Positions 8,978 to 17,093 of a stretch of DNA of 61,289 nucleotides are shown piece by piece. The stretch comes from a virus. A program made the position numbers and the translations under genes. Within the stretch, counting starts at the first letter, position 1. Each line of letters opens with the position of its first letter. The notes beneath the pieces were generated by a model, which saw only the letters and a program-made list of their open reading frames with translations, made no database searches and was not told the DNA's origin. The DNA lies in the IMG/VR virus record IMGVR_UViG_3300037297_000065, positions 1-61,289 of that record; one strand, given 5' to 3'.

Positions 8978-9987
8978 TATTCCTCCACGCGCCTTAAGCG
9001 CGCCTCCAGGTCGCTCACATCGACGTGAGCGTAATAGTCTTTCGTCGTCTGTATGTCCATGTGCCCGATCACGTGCGCGATATCCTCCAGGCTCAGTCCA
9101 GCGCTGCGCAACCGCGTTGCCTTCCAGTGCCTAAAGTCGTGTGGCGTGATGTCACCGAGGCCAAGCGCGCGAGAGGCGCGCACCGTGACCCAGGACGCCA
9201 TTTGTCGGCTAAACGGCTCGCCGGCCTTACCCGGCTTGTGCCACACGAACAGCGGTTCGTTGTGGTCGGACGACGCACCGCGCGCTTCCATGTATTCGTC
9301 GATGAAAAACACCGCCTCGCGCAGCCACAGGTGATACTTATGGTTCTTCTTCCCGGTCACGAGCACGCGCCAGTAGCCGCCCTGCGCGGCCTGCTCCAGC
9401 GCCATCGGTGGAAAGTCACCGGTGCGCAGTGATAGTATCTCGGAGATGCGCCCACCGCTGTCGTGGAGCACGCGGATCAGCGCCGCGTCGCGTAGCCGGT
9501 CAAGCTCCCAGATGTGTAACTTGTCTTCTTTCAGATCATCGGGTGGCGTTAGGTCGCTGTGATAGGTTAGTAGACGCTCGATGCCTTCAGGGATTTCGGG
9601 CGGGCTGGTTTCAGGGTTGTAATCCGCCGCGTCGCCCACCACGTCGTCGAATGCCTCACTCATCTTCTCCATCGGCCAATCGCGGGGGAGGAGATCGTTA
9701 AGGGCGCACCATTCAAGAAAAGTTCTGACATCCACTACGTAGGCGCGGGCCGTGAGCGCCGACAGTCCGCGCTCACGTAGAAAAATCAAAAAGTTGGCGA
9801 GCAGGTTGACGCGCTCGCCGCTGTAGTCGGGTAGAGAGGTAGTAAAGCACACACGCGGATTATCGGCGTCGCCTGGGTCGCAGAAGTGCGCCAGAGCCGC
9901 GCGGTAGTGGCTTTGCGTGCCGGTGGCGCGTGACTTGACGCGGGGGGAGCGGAGGTATTCGTGGGTGAGGGAAAGGAGGTCAGCCAT
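8977..9987 (-). CDS. Tyrosine recombinase (XerC/D-like integrase)
   Basis: Catalytic signature GGRISE (Arg I), HDFRHWKATRL (H-x-x-R), VIGHMDIQTTKDYYAHV (His..Tyr); 336 aa. Confidence 0.9.
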   Translation of the reverse strand: MADLLSLTHEYLRSPRVKSRATGTQSHYRAALAHFCDPGDADNPRVCFTTSLPDYSGERVNLLANFLIFLRERGLSALTARAYVVDVRTFLEWCALNDLLPRDWPMEKMSEAFDDVVGDAADYNPETSPPEIPEGIERLLTYHSDLTPPDDLKEDKLHIWELDRLRDAALIRVLHDSGGRISEILSLRTGDFPPMALEQAAQGGYWRVLVTGKKNHKYHLWLREAVFFIDEYMEARGASSDHNEPLFVWHKPGKAGEPFSRQMASWVTVRASRALGLGDITPHDFRHWKATRLRSAGLSLEDIAHVIGHMDIQTTKDYYAHVDVSDLEARLRRVEE

Positions 9988-9990
9988 TTT

Positions 9991-10497
9991 CTATACTCGA
10001 AAATGATTACCTGAATAGACTTCAAATTCGTGCTCAACGATCTTTTTAACTAGGTCGAAGAACGCAATCCCGGTTTCGTCTGTACATTGCAGGCCGTTGT
10101 TTGCGCCAGGCCAACCCGCGATAACCCCGCGAAAGCCGGATGCATTAACCATTTCTTTTGGTGCATAAAAATATAGGCCAAGTTCGCATTTGAACATCTC
10201 AACCGATATCACAAAGCGTTCATCGGTTGACATAAGCGAAAAAAGGCGATTCTTATACATATCGGAGAAATCGACTTCTTTGGGTTCCGCGAGCCATAAT
10301 AGGCGATAGAGTCCTGCCGGGGTGTTAGTTGGTGCGTAGCTACCGCATTCAATATATTTTAAGTCACCACTGCGCACTGACGGCATGATTAAATCGCGGA
10401 TATAAGCCTCGACCGGATCGCCGCCGGACGCATAATGTTGATCCCAATTAAAGCCATCCTGAAGCATGGCTTCTACTCGCTGAATCTTTTCTATCAT
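9991..10497 (-). CDS. Hypothetical protein
   Basis: 168-aa ORF, 3 nt upstream of integrase. Confidence 0.55.
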   Translation of the reverse strand: MIEKIQRVEAMLQDGFNWDQHYASGGDPVEAYIRDLIMPSVRSGDLKYIECGSYAPTNTPAGLYRLLWLAEPKEVDFSDMYKNRLFSLMSTDERFVISVEMFKCELGLYFYAPKEMVNASGFRGVIAGWPGANNGLQCTDETGIAFFDLVKKIVEHEFEVYSGNHFRV

Positions 10498-10652
10498 ACT
10501 TTACTCCAATAGGGTAGGGGCTTGCGCCCATGCTTTCTATCACCGCCTCCATTATACCATTTTTTGCTTTTCATAGCAAAAGACAAAATCGTCCAAAACA
10601 CAGTGCGCGAACCACAGAATCAAAAACCGCGCCCTTTCGAGCGCGGCTCTTT

Positions 10653-12035
10653 TTACTCTGCGCAGAGTTCGTCTATCTGCGCGTCGTAGCTTCCAGGTGG
10701 CCCCATACCGCCCCAACGTCGCACTGTTCGCCTGCCATTTTCGTCAGTCCCGACGACAAAAGCGCCGTTTTCGGGCGGGTTGGCGGGTTGAACCCGGTTT
10801 CGACCGGGGGAAACCGGGGGCGCGGGTTGGGTTGGGTCTAGCGATTTTTGCGTTTTCGGCGGCTCGATGGACACGATTTCACCCTTCGGATAGTCGTAAG
10901 AAGTCGCCCACTTTGGACTCTGGATAATTTGCGAAACAGTCATGTGTTCCCCTACGTCATTCAGTGTCAACGTGTACGCCGCGCCAGTTCGCGGTTGATA
11001 CATGAATCCCATCTCGGCGAGCCATTTCGTCATGGTGCGCCAGGTCGGATCGGTTACGCCGGCGTGAGCGGTCATGCGGGCGCGCGAGTACCCCATTGGT
11101 TCGTCATCAATTTTGTGCTCGCCCCAACGCAGAAATGCAATCGCCGCGTTGCGCCATGCGGTACGGTGTGCTTGCTCCTGCCGCGCTTTCTCGGCGTCCT
11201 CCAGGTCCTCTTGCGTGTACACGCGCCCGGCAATGGTAATCTCACGCTCCGGTTCTGGCTCAGGCTCAGGCGCAGGAAGCGCCGGCCAATCATGCCCCGG
11301 CAGCGGCACCCATTCGCCGGCGTTGTTGTCGTATTGAAGGCCAAGCTCTTCGAGAATCATACGCCGGCGTACATCGATGGCGATAATCACGCTGAGCCAG
11401 CGTGCGCCGTACAGTAGTGCAACCAAGAACGCGCTAAAAACTACGGCGACTAACAGTATCCCGCCAACCAACTTAAAGATGTAATCGGTTTGGCGGTCGA
11501 TATCTGCCTGCTGAGCGACTTTAGCCGCTTGGTCGGCATCCACTTCGGCTTGCCTAGCCTCGGCGGATTTGATATTTGCTTCTGCCCCGTCGAGCGTAAC
11601 GACGATTGCCGTCTGCGTGATTTCCAACTCTCTGCCGTACAGCGCAATACTGCCCGCCGTCGCGGTCAATCCAACACTTACGGCCTGCTGCGTCGCGTTG
11701 GCGTTGTACTGCTCGACCTGGAGTGTGGCGGCAGCGCTGCGCTCCTCAGCTTTCAGCGTGGCATCGGCGGCGGCTTGCGTCGCCTGTACCTGAGCTTGCG
11801 CCGCCTGAGCCGCCAGCGCATCCGAAGCGCTGACGGTGTTCTGTTTATCGATAGCATCTTGCGTTGCAATCCAGGCGAGCGCCTGGGCCGTGCTCATGGC
11901 GTTGTCGGCCTCGATACCCGGCGCAAGTGCGCCCGACGGGACCGTGGCGTAAACAATAACCTGCTCTGCGGGCTGCATCACATCGCAGCCGGCCAACAAG
12001 AGAACCGAAGCGCACGCGAGTGCTAGCAGTTTCAT
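10653..12035 (-). CDS. Lipoprotein with Ala/Gln-rich coiled extracellular part, TM helix and C-terminal cytoplasmic domain
   Basis: MKLLALACASVLLLAGC lipobox; TM LVGGILLVAVVFSAFLVALLY; PEPEPEPE linker; start chosen at ATG 12035 (track used upstream GTG). Confidence 0.6.
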   Translation of the reverse strand: MKLLALACASVLLLAGCDVMQPAEQVIVYATVPSGALAPGIEADNAMSTAQALAWIATQDAIDKQNTVSASDALAAQAAQAQVQATQAAADATLKAEERSAAATLQVEQYNANATQQAVSVGLTATAGSIALYGRELEITQTAIVVTLDGAEANIKSAEARQAEVDADQAAKVAQQADIDRQTDYIFKLVGGILLVAVVFSAFLVALLYGARWLSVIIAIDVRRRMILEELGLQYDNNAGEWVPLPGHDWPALPAPEPEPEPEREITIAGRVYTQEDLEDAEKARQEQAHRTAWRNAAIAFLRWGEHKIDDEPMGYSRARMTAHAGVTDPTWRTMTKWLAEMGFMYQPRTGAAYTLTLNDVGEHMTVSQIIQSPKWATSYDYPKGEIVSIEPPKTQKSLDPTQPAPPVSPGRNRVQPANPPENGAFVVGTDENGRRTVRRWGGMGPPGSYDAQIDELCAE

Positions 12036-12115
12036 TTTCCCTTTTTCCACATATCGACGCCAATCACAAGAAACACAAGGCCAAAGAAAAACAAAATCAC
12101 TGGTATTATTTCCAT
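12032..12115 (-). CDS. Small TM peptide (27 aa)
   Basis: MEIIPVILFFFGLVFLVIGVDMWKKGK; TGA overlaps lipoprotein ATG (ATGA); below ORF-track cutoff. Confidence 0.3.
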   Translation of the reverse strand: MEIIPVILFFFGLVFLVIGVDMWKKGK

Positions 12116-12125
12116 CGTTTTATCC

Positions 12126-12479
12126 TTATTCTCCTAATTTCTTCATCGGCCGGATCCGCGCTGCCGCAAGTAAACTATTGGCGAAGTCTTCGGTCAGATC
12201 GGCGTCTTCCTCTCGCTCGGCGACGATCTGTACCGCGCCTGACTCCAGTTTCTCCAAAATCCGTAGTACCTGTGCCTGTTGCTCGGCAACCTGGCGCACC
12301 AGTTCATCGAGTTCTTGGCGTTCTTTGTCGCGCTCGGCGGCCAACGCTAAGGCGTCTGCAATAATGCCGCGCGTATCGCGTCCGGCGTCTTCCTGCTCGG
12401 CAAGATAGTCAAACGCCACCTGCTCTTTTTCGGGATGGAGTCGAAACGAGATAACGCGATTATACGCACGGCTAGACAT
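12126..12479 (-). CDS. Ribbon-helix-helix protein, ParR-like adaptor candidate
   Basis: N-terminus RVISFRLHPEKEQVAFDYL fits RHH beta-strand/helix; coiled C-part; ATG overlaps ParM stop (ATGTCTAG); gene order parM-parR. Confidence 0.5.
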   Translation of the reverse strand: MSSRAYNRVISFRLHPEKEQVAFDYLAEQEDAGRDTRGIIADALALAAERDKERQELDELVRQVAEQQAQVLRILEKLESGAVQIVAEREEDADLTEDFANSLLAAARIRPMKKLGE

Positions 12480-13512
12480 CAATGACTCCATTGGCTTCAT
12501 AGAAACGCGCCAACTTCATGCCACCGCGGACATTCGCCAGGTGCAGCGCATCCAGGTCGTCGGCGGGTAAAACGCGCCCGTGGTCGAGGATGGGCAGCAA
12601 TCTGTCATAAAGCGCCGCACTACCACCGCCAGTGAGAATGATGGTATCCCACCTGGCCGGCCCACCGGCGACCTCCTGGTAGGCGTTGGCAATACGATTG
12701 AGCACTAAGCCCGCCGCATTTGTTGCTTCGGTGTGACACGGGTACTCCCGGCCACCGCCCGTATACGCCCCGGTGCGCAGCGCGTCCCGTAGCCGGTTTG
12801 CCGGCACGGTCGTTGTACTCTTGAATATGTCGGCGTACCGGGCGCGCAAGTCACGCTCGAACGCGCGCATGACGTTTTGGATACCGACCTCCACGCTCTC
12901 ATTAACGGCGTAGTCTAGTTGGCCGCCACGCGCTACGGAGATCATGTCAGTTGTGAAGCCGCCGATGTCAATCACGAGACTTTCGCCGCCGTTGATGTCC
13001 GGTCGCGCATAGGCCAACCCGGAGTCTTTTAAAACGACGTTCATCAAGCCGCCCACCGGCTCGTCAAATGTCATTGCGCCGGCGACGGTAAACTTTGCGG
13101 TGCGTCCCTCGGTTTCGACGGTGTACTCTCCCACCGTCGCTTCGAGCAGATCATCGGCGTAGGTGATGTCTCGCGGCGCGTGGGATGCAAATACAAAAAC
13201 CCGCCCGCCACGTTTGTAAAGCTGCGCAAGAGAAATAGCCGTGAGGATATCGTAGTACCCTTTCTGATAACGCGCTGCGCCGGAGCGCCGCTGTACCGGG
13301 CCACGCTTCTCGGCCATTTCGCCGTAAGCAAACGGTGTGCCATTGACGCGGGCATAGCCGGCGGGCGGATTGTCGCGCGAGTGCGCCATGATCTGATTCC
13401 ACTCTGCGGTGGATAGCTCGGCGAGGGCATGGGACCAAACGGCCTCACGGCTCGCGGCGCGGGCTTTTATGTCGCTGTTGCCCGCGTCCAAAACGACGAT
13501 ATTCGCGCTCAT
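12472..13512 (-). CDS. parM: Actin-like ATPase of the ParM/StbA family
   Basis: Phosphate-1 VVLDAGNSDIK, phosphate-2 VIDIGGFTTD, adenosine ILTGGGSAAL; start set at MSANIVV (SD CAGGAGG upstream), not the longer track ORF. Confidence 0.8.
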   Translation of the reverse strand: MSANIVVLDAGNSDIKARAASREAVWSHALAELSTAEWNQIMAHSRDNPPAGYARVNGTPFAYGEMAEKRGPVQRRSGAARYQKGYYDILTAISLAQLYKRGGRVFVFASHAPRDITYADDLLEATVGEYTVETEGRTAKFTVAGAMTFDEPVGGLMNVVLKDSGLAYARPDINGGESLVIDIGGFTTDMISVARGGQLDYAVNESVEVGIQNVMRAFERDLRARYADIFKSTTTVPANRLRDALRTGAYTGGGREYPCHTEATNAAGLVLNRIANAYQEVAGGPARWDTIILTGGGSAALYDRLLPILDHGRVLPADDLDALHLANVRGGMKLARFYEANGVIDV

Positions 13513-13554
13513 ACGCGCCTCCTGTTTACGTTTGTCGATTACAAATGTATACGA

Positions 13555-13583
13555 AGTGTAGCACGCGCGGGCCGGCGTGTCAA
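13555..13583 (-). promoter_or_regulatory. Sigma-70-like promoter of the parM operon
   Basis: TTGACA-17 nt-TACACT on minus strand; imperfect palindrome ACGTTTGTCGATTACAAATGT (13528-13548) between -10 and SD. Confidence 0.6.
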
Positions 13584-13588
13584 GAATC

Positions 13589-13618
13589 AAAAAAAGCCCC
13601 ACCGTGTTGGGCGGGGCT
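13589..13618 (-). terminator. Rho-independent terminator after pentapeptide gene
   Basis: Minus strand GCCCCGCC-CAACAC-GGTGGGGC followed by T7. Confidence 0.7.
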
Positions 13619-13627
13619 ACTTGCGGG

Positions 13628-14065
13628 TTATTCGATCTCCTTCGCCGCTTCCTGTGCAACCTTTGGCGCACTTTCGACGCCGAACGGTTTTAGTGAGGCG
13701 TATACCCAGCGACGTAAATCGTCGGGAATATCTAATGCTGTCATTTTGCTCCAGCACCAATCTCGTGACACGAGCACGAGTCCTGCGATCCCGCGTTTTT
13801 GCCAGTCGTTCCCGGCAGCCTGCCGGAGAACTTCGGCAATTAGGTCGTGTGATTGCCAATTCAGTTTCACCCTGCTGAGATTTGCCCCGTTCAGTTTCAC
13901 CCCGCTGAGGTTCGCGCGCCAGAGGGCCGCCTCGCTGAGGTTCACCCCACTAAGGTTCGCCTCGCTGAGGTTCGCCTTGCTGAGGTCCGCACGGACTCCC
14001 TCCTCTTCACCCCGTAGCCATAAACCGTGTTTCCTTACGATTTCACCTATTTTATTTTCGGTCAT
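13628..14065 (-). CDS. Pentapeptide-repeat protein
   Basis: ADLSK ANLSE ANLSG VNLSE AALWR ANLSG VKLNG ANLSR VKLN consecutive pentads; 15-nt periodicity in DNA 13860-13990. Confidence 0.9.
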   Translation of the reverse strand: MTENKIGEIVRKHGLWLRGEEEGVRADLSKANLSEANLSGVNLSEAALWRANLSGVKLNGANLSRVKLNWQSHDLIAEVLRQAAGNDWQKRGIAGLVLVSRDWCWSKMTALDIPDDLRRWVYASLKPFGVESAPKVAQEAAKEIE

Positions 14066-14160
14066 CTTTTTTCTCCTTGCCGCGCCTGCGGCTTATAAAT
14101 CTTCGCCTGTGCGTGTACTTGGAACCGGGGCAGTTTTACGCCGTACCCAGGGCGACCATA

Positions 14161-14556
14161 TTAGACGTTGCCGTTTTCAACCTGACGTTCTGCCCAGTTT
14201 TTGAGATATTCCGCCACGTCCGGTGGCGTCATGGCGTCGCCGAAGTGATTCAACGGTGCGTCGTCTTCGCTGTCGATCATAGCTGAAATCTGTACCGTGA
14301 GTTTATCCACGTGTATTGCATTGATTTCATTGGCGGTAAGATTAGGCACGAATGCCTCAACTAAACGTTCTTCGCAGTCCCATCGATCCGAGGGTTGATA
14401 TTTTGGCATTTCATTTCTCCTTATTTCTTGCTGATACATTCTGTCTATTGCTGCTTCCACAATATCGGTCATTGTGCCCCACCCTGCGTCTTGCAGGGCG
14501 TCGAGTTGCCCGCGCGTGGCGGGCAATAGTCGGATGGTGGTTCTGTGGCGGGTCAC
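14161..14556 (-). CDS. Hypothetical protein (possible RHH N-terminus)
   Basis: 131-aa ORF; TIRLLPATRGQLDAL.. strand-helix pattern. Confidence 0.5.
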   Translation of the reverse strand: MTRHRTTIRLLPATRGQLDALQDAGWGTMTDIVEAAIDRMYQQEIRRNEMPKYQPSDRWDCEERLVEAFVPNLTANEINAIHVDKLTVQISAMIDSEDDAPLNHFGDAMTPPDVAEYLKNWAERQVENGNV

Positions 14557-14927
14557 CGGGCACCCGCCTCAATGCGCATCTGCGCGATTACCAATTCCCA
14601 TGCGCGCTGATTTGGCATTTCGGTTACTTCGCCATTGACGAGGGCTTTCTTCGCAGCGGCATGCATTTTGCGGGGCGCGCGTTCTGAGCCGGACAAATTG
14701 TAATACCAATCAATTTTTGCTAGTTGACTGTAGTTATGTCGAGAGAACTTTTCGTCACCTGTCGGGAAAAAGCCTTCAATTTCTGCAAATTCAGCGTCAG
14801 CGGCGATTTCGATTTCAGCTTCGGTCATGGTGGCGACCTCGGTAGCGATTTCTTCGGCGGTCGGATCGGCGTTGAGATAATCAAGAAAGTCCGGGTATTG
14901 TTCTTGGTTCCAATTGCTGGGGATCAT
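14553..14927 (-). CDS. Hypothetical acidic protein
   Basis: Start moved to ATG 14927 behind SD AGGAGAAGCAAA; track start was GTG 14957. Confidence 0.5.
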   Translation of the reverse strand: MIPSNWNQEQYPDFLDYLNADPTAEEIATEVATMTEAEIEIAADAEFAEIEGFFPTGDEKFSRHNYSQLAKIDWYYNLSGSERAPRKMHAAAKKALVNGEVTEMPNQRAWELVIAQMRIEAGAR

Positions 14928-14969
14928 TTTGCTTCTCCTGTATGTTCGCTCATTCACTTAACTGTCTAT

Positions 14970-14998
14970 ATTATATGTCCAAACAGACACATTGTCAA
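14970..14998 (-). promoter_or_regulatory. Consensus sigma-70 promoter
   Basis: Minus strand TTGACA-17 nt-TATAAT, perfect hexamers. Confidence 0.7.
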
Positions 14999-15014
14999 GT
15001 GTTTTGTTGTGTCT

Positions 15015-15089
15015 TTTTGGTTAGAAAAAACAAATCTTTCCAAAACAAAAAAGCGCGACGCCGCGGAGGTATCGCGCACTAGTTCATTT
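15015..15089 (-). repeat. Intergenic terminator-spacer element, copy A
   Basis: About 80% identical over ~75 nt to 15861..15934 (TTTTGGTTAGAA..CTTTCCAAAACAAAAAAGCGCGACGCC..CTAGTTCATTT). Confidence 0.8.
15042..15077 (-). terminator. Rho-independent terminator
   Basis: Minus strand GCGCGA-loop-TCGCGC then TTTTTTGTTTT. Confidence 0.7.
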
Positions 15090-15121
15090 TTCTATCTCCT
15101 TATTTTATACGCTTTATTGCT

Positions 15122-15379
15122 TTAATCTATGTATTCGATATATGACCCTCCCTCCACTTCGTTTATCTCAAACTTGCGGTGGGTTTTTTTGTACAGGCGA
15201 TAACCGTAGTTCTCTGTACTTGTAATCACGGCGTTATACCCGGTGCCACAAGCAACCCTTGCGGCGCGTCGCGCCATCTTCGGTGTTAGTTTTTCGGATG
15301 GTGAAACGCCGTTAAGTCTAACGATGCTTACCCCCCCCTCTGTTTGAACTGTGAACTCTTTCTGCTCCTGCTGTTTCAT
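15122..15379 (-). CDS. Hypothetical protein
   Basis: 85-aa ORF in a promoter/terminator-delimited unit. Confidence 0.5.
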   Translation of the reverse strand: MKQQEQKEFTVQTEGGVSIVRLNGVSPSEKLTPKMARRAARVACGTGYNAVITSTENYGYRLYKKTHRKFEINEVEGGSYIEYID

Positions 15380-15389
15380 TTTTTATCTC

Positions 15390-15803
15390 CTATAGATCAA
15401 AGTATTCTTTAACTCGATAGACTTCGCAGTTGAGCGCGCCCTCACTCAATACGAATTCGTTTTCCTCTTCCAGGTAGAACTTGATGCGCTCTACCGGAAC
15501 CTGCGCGACCACGATATAGCCATCTTCGCCCGCGAATTCGATATCGAATTCATCGGTGAAACTGCTGTTGTCGCGCCATTCGATTGAGGTATTCAACACT
15601 TCTTCTGTGCCGTGGTAGAGTTCAATCGTGTCGCCGAACTCTTCGCGTGCTGCCGCGATAAGGCACGCCTGAACTTCTTTGTCGATTTCAAAACCAGAAT
15701 TCCCGTTGAAATTATGCGCCATGACTGCGCCTTCGATTTCATCGATTTCTCTCAGTTCATTAATCAGTTCATAGAAGTCCATACCAATCTCCAAAGTGTT
15801 CAT
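15390..15803 (-). CDS. Highly acidic small protein (DNA-mimic candidate)
   Basis: 137 aa, very rich in Asp/Glu by eye; alternative start 15782 behind GGAG. Confidence 0.55.
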   Translation of the reverse strand: MNTLEIGMDFYELINELREIDEIEGAVMAHNFNGNSGFEIDKEVQACLIAAAREEFGDTIELYHGTEEVLNTSIEWRDNSSFTDEFDIEFAGEDGYIVVAQVPVERIKFYLEEENEFVLSEGALNCEVYRVKEYFDL

Positions 15804-15815
15804 TTATCTAAACAC

Positions 15816-15845
15816 ATTATACTATATAGTGTTCAAAAATGTCAA
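15816..15845 (-). promoter_or_regulatory. Consensus sigma-70 promoter
   Basis: Minus strand TTGACA-18 nt-TATAAT, only 12 nt before ATG 15803. Confidence 0.7.
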
Positions 15846-15860
15846 CAGTTTGTGCGGTGA

Positions 15861-15934
15861 TTTTGGTTAGAATTTTCAAACTTTCCAAAACAAAAAAAGC
15901 GCGACGCCCCGTAGAGCGCCGCGCTAGTTCATTT
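15861..15934 (-). repeat. Intergenic terminator-spacer element, copy B
   Basis: Paralogue of 15015..15089. Confidence 0.8.
15892..15924 (-). terminator. Rho-independent terminator
   Basis: Minus strand GCGCGGCG-loop-CGTCGCGC (G.U only on minus-strand RNA) then T7. Confidence 0.7.
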
Positions 15935-16170
15935 AACACCGTCGATCCTCCGCCAAAGCGGAGGCAGATTTTTGCAGCGCGCGGTTTATGCACTGGCTCT
16001 CGAAACCAGTAACCCCGCGCTGCGGTTTTTTTAATGGTCACCTCCTTTTCAATAGCGACTATCGCATTATGGCGATGTTGACTGAATCCGCTGTGTTGCG
16101 ACGGCGATAAATGTATCTTACTCCGCGCGCTGGTGGAGTAGCGACTTGAGCTTGATTCTCACGATCCTTT

Positions 16171-16222
16171 CCTTGAGAAAGCCCCCGGCCCCAGTCCTGC
16201 GCGAACTACCGAGATCGGGGGC
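16171..16222 (-). terminator. Terminator-like long hairpin after 16234..16521
   Basis: Minus strand GCCCCCG..28 nt..CGGGGGC followed by TTTCTC. Confidence 0.4.
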
Positions 16223-16233
16223 ACGAAAATTGT

Positions 16234-16521
16234 TCACTTCACGTAGGCGAAGCTTTTCAGCGCATCGTGTATCGCGCCTTCAAGATGATCGAATGTGTTG
16301 GCGTTGCACTCGATGAGCACCTGCACGAACAGACGGAACACGTGCGCCATCGCTTCGTATTTGTCGTCAGGTACGATATCATATGGCGGAAGATCATCAT
16401 AGTCGATGGTTTCATAGTCACCAAGCCGAATTGTCAGCGTATCGCCATCCGGGTCGTGACGGATAATCATCTCAAACGTCGCGTTATCAGTCTTGATTGT
16501 GGTTTTTGTTTCGTCCATCAT
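16234..16521 (-). CDS. Acidic small protein
   Basis: 95-aa ORF, Asp-rich (DPDGDTL, DYDDLPPYDIVPDD). Confidence 0.5.
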   Translation of the reverse strand: MMDETKTTIKTDNATFEMIIRHDPDGDTLTIRLGDYETIDYDDLPPYDIVPDDKYEAMAHVFRLFVQVLIECNANTFDHLEGAIHDALKSFAYVK

Positions 16522-16598
16522 TTCGCCTCACTTAATCGCTAGCGACGGTTTCCCCGCCGTTTCTTCCCGATATTGCTCAAGCCACGTCGCGCCGCCCT

Positions 16599-16946
16599 TC
16601 AGCGCCTTGCCAACGCTTTCTCGTCGAGCTTCAATGCCCCGGCGACATAGTGATACGTCACCTGATCGCCCATCCATCGCTTCAGGATCGGCGCGACGTC
16701 ATATTTGACCTTCGCCCGCCCGGCGCGCACCTGGACGTACCCCATTTCATCGGCGTAGTTGTCGCCGGTGAGTTCCCGATACCGCTCCATCAGCGGCCCC
16801 AAAGCCCATTTTGCCGCGTCCATCTGCGGCTCGACCTCACGTTTCACCGTTTCAATTTCGTCGCGCCCGCGCCGGTACACGTCGGCGAGCGCCTGGATTT
16901 GATCTTCGAGTTCTCGGAGTTCTTGCTCTGTTGAAGCATCTGTCAT
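16599..16946 (-). CDS. Possible Mu Gam-like host-nuclease inhibitor
   Basis: Start at MTDASTEQ behind AGGAG; N-terminal coiled coil then GYVQVRAGRAKVKYD pattern recalled from Gam family; weak. Confidence 0.4.
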   Translation of the reverse strand: MTDASTEQELRELEDQIQALADVYRRGRDEIETVKREVEPQMDAAKWALGPLMERYRELTGDNYADEMGYVQVRAGRAKVKYDVAPILKRWMGDQVTYHYVAGALKLDEKALARR

Positions 16947-17030
16947 TATCTTTTCTCCTATTTTCATTTCAAAAAATCCCGCCGCGTCTTAGCAAACCCC
17001 CACGGTTAAAAAAGAACAGCGGCGGGGAGT

Positions 17031-17093
17031 GGCTGGGGCGGGAGTCGAACCCGCTTGCGCATTCCTGCGCCCCATCGACGTACCCCGTCAGCC
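17031..17093 (-). other. Degenerate tRNA-like element (T arm plus acceptor only)
   Basis: Minus strand GCGGG-TTCGACT-CCCGC then CCCAGCC-A; 5' strand GGCTG pairs 5 of 7; no D arm; GCGCA-GGAA-TGCGC tetraloop replaces anticodon arm. Confidence 0.4.

Noticed and set aside
13545-14204. 219-aa plus-strand ORF with its own repeats (..SLRFTPLRFASLRFALLRSA..)
   Set aside because: It is the antisense mirror of the pentapeptide-repeat gene 13628..14065. Its periodicity is inherited from the opposite strand. It has no SD and conflicts with the surrounding minus-strand operon.
15817-16041. 74-aa minus-strand ORF
   Set aside because: Its GTG start is fused to its own AAGGAGG. It reads straight through terminator B and the consensus promoter at 15816-15845.
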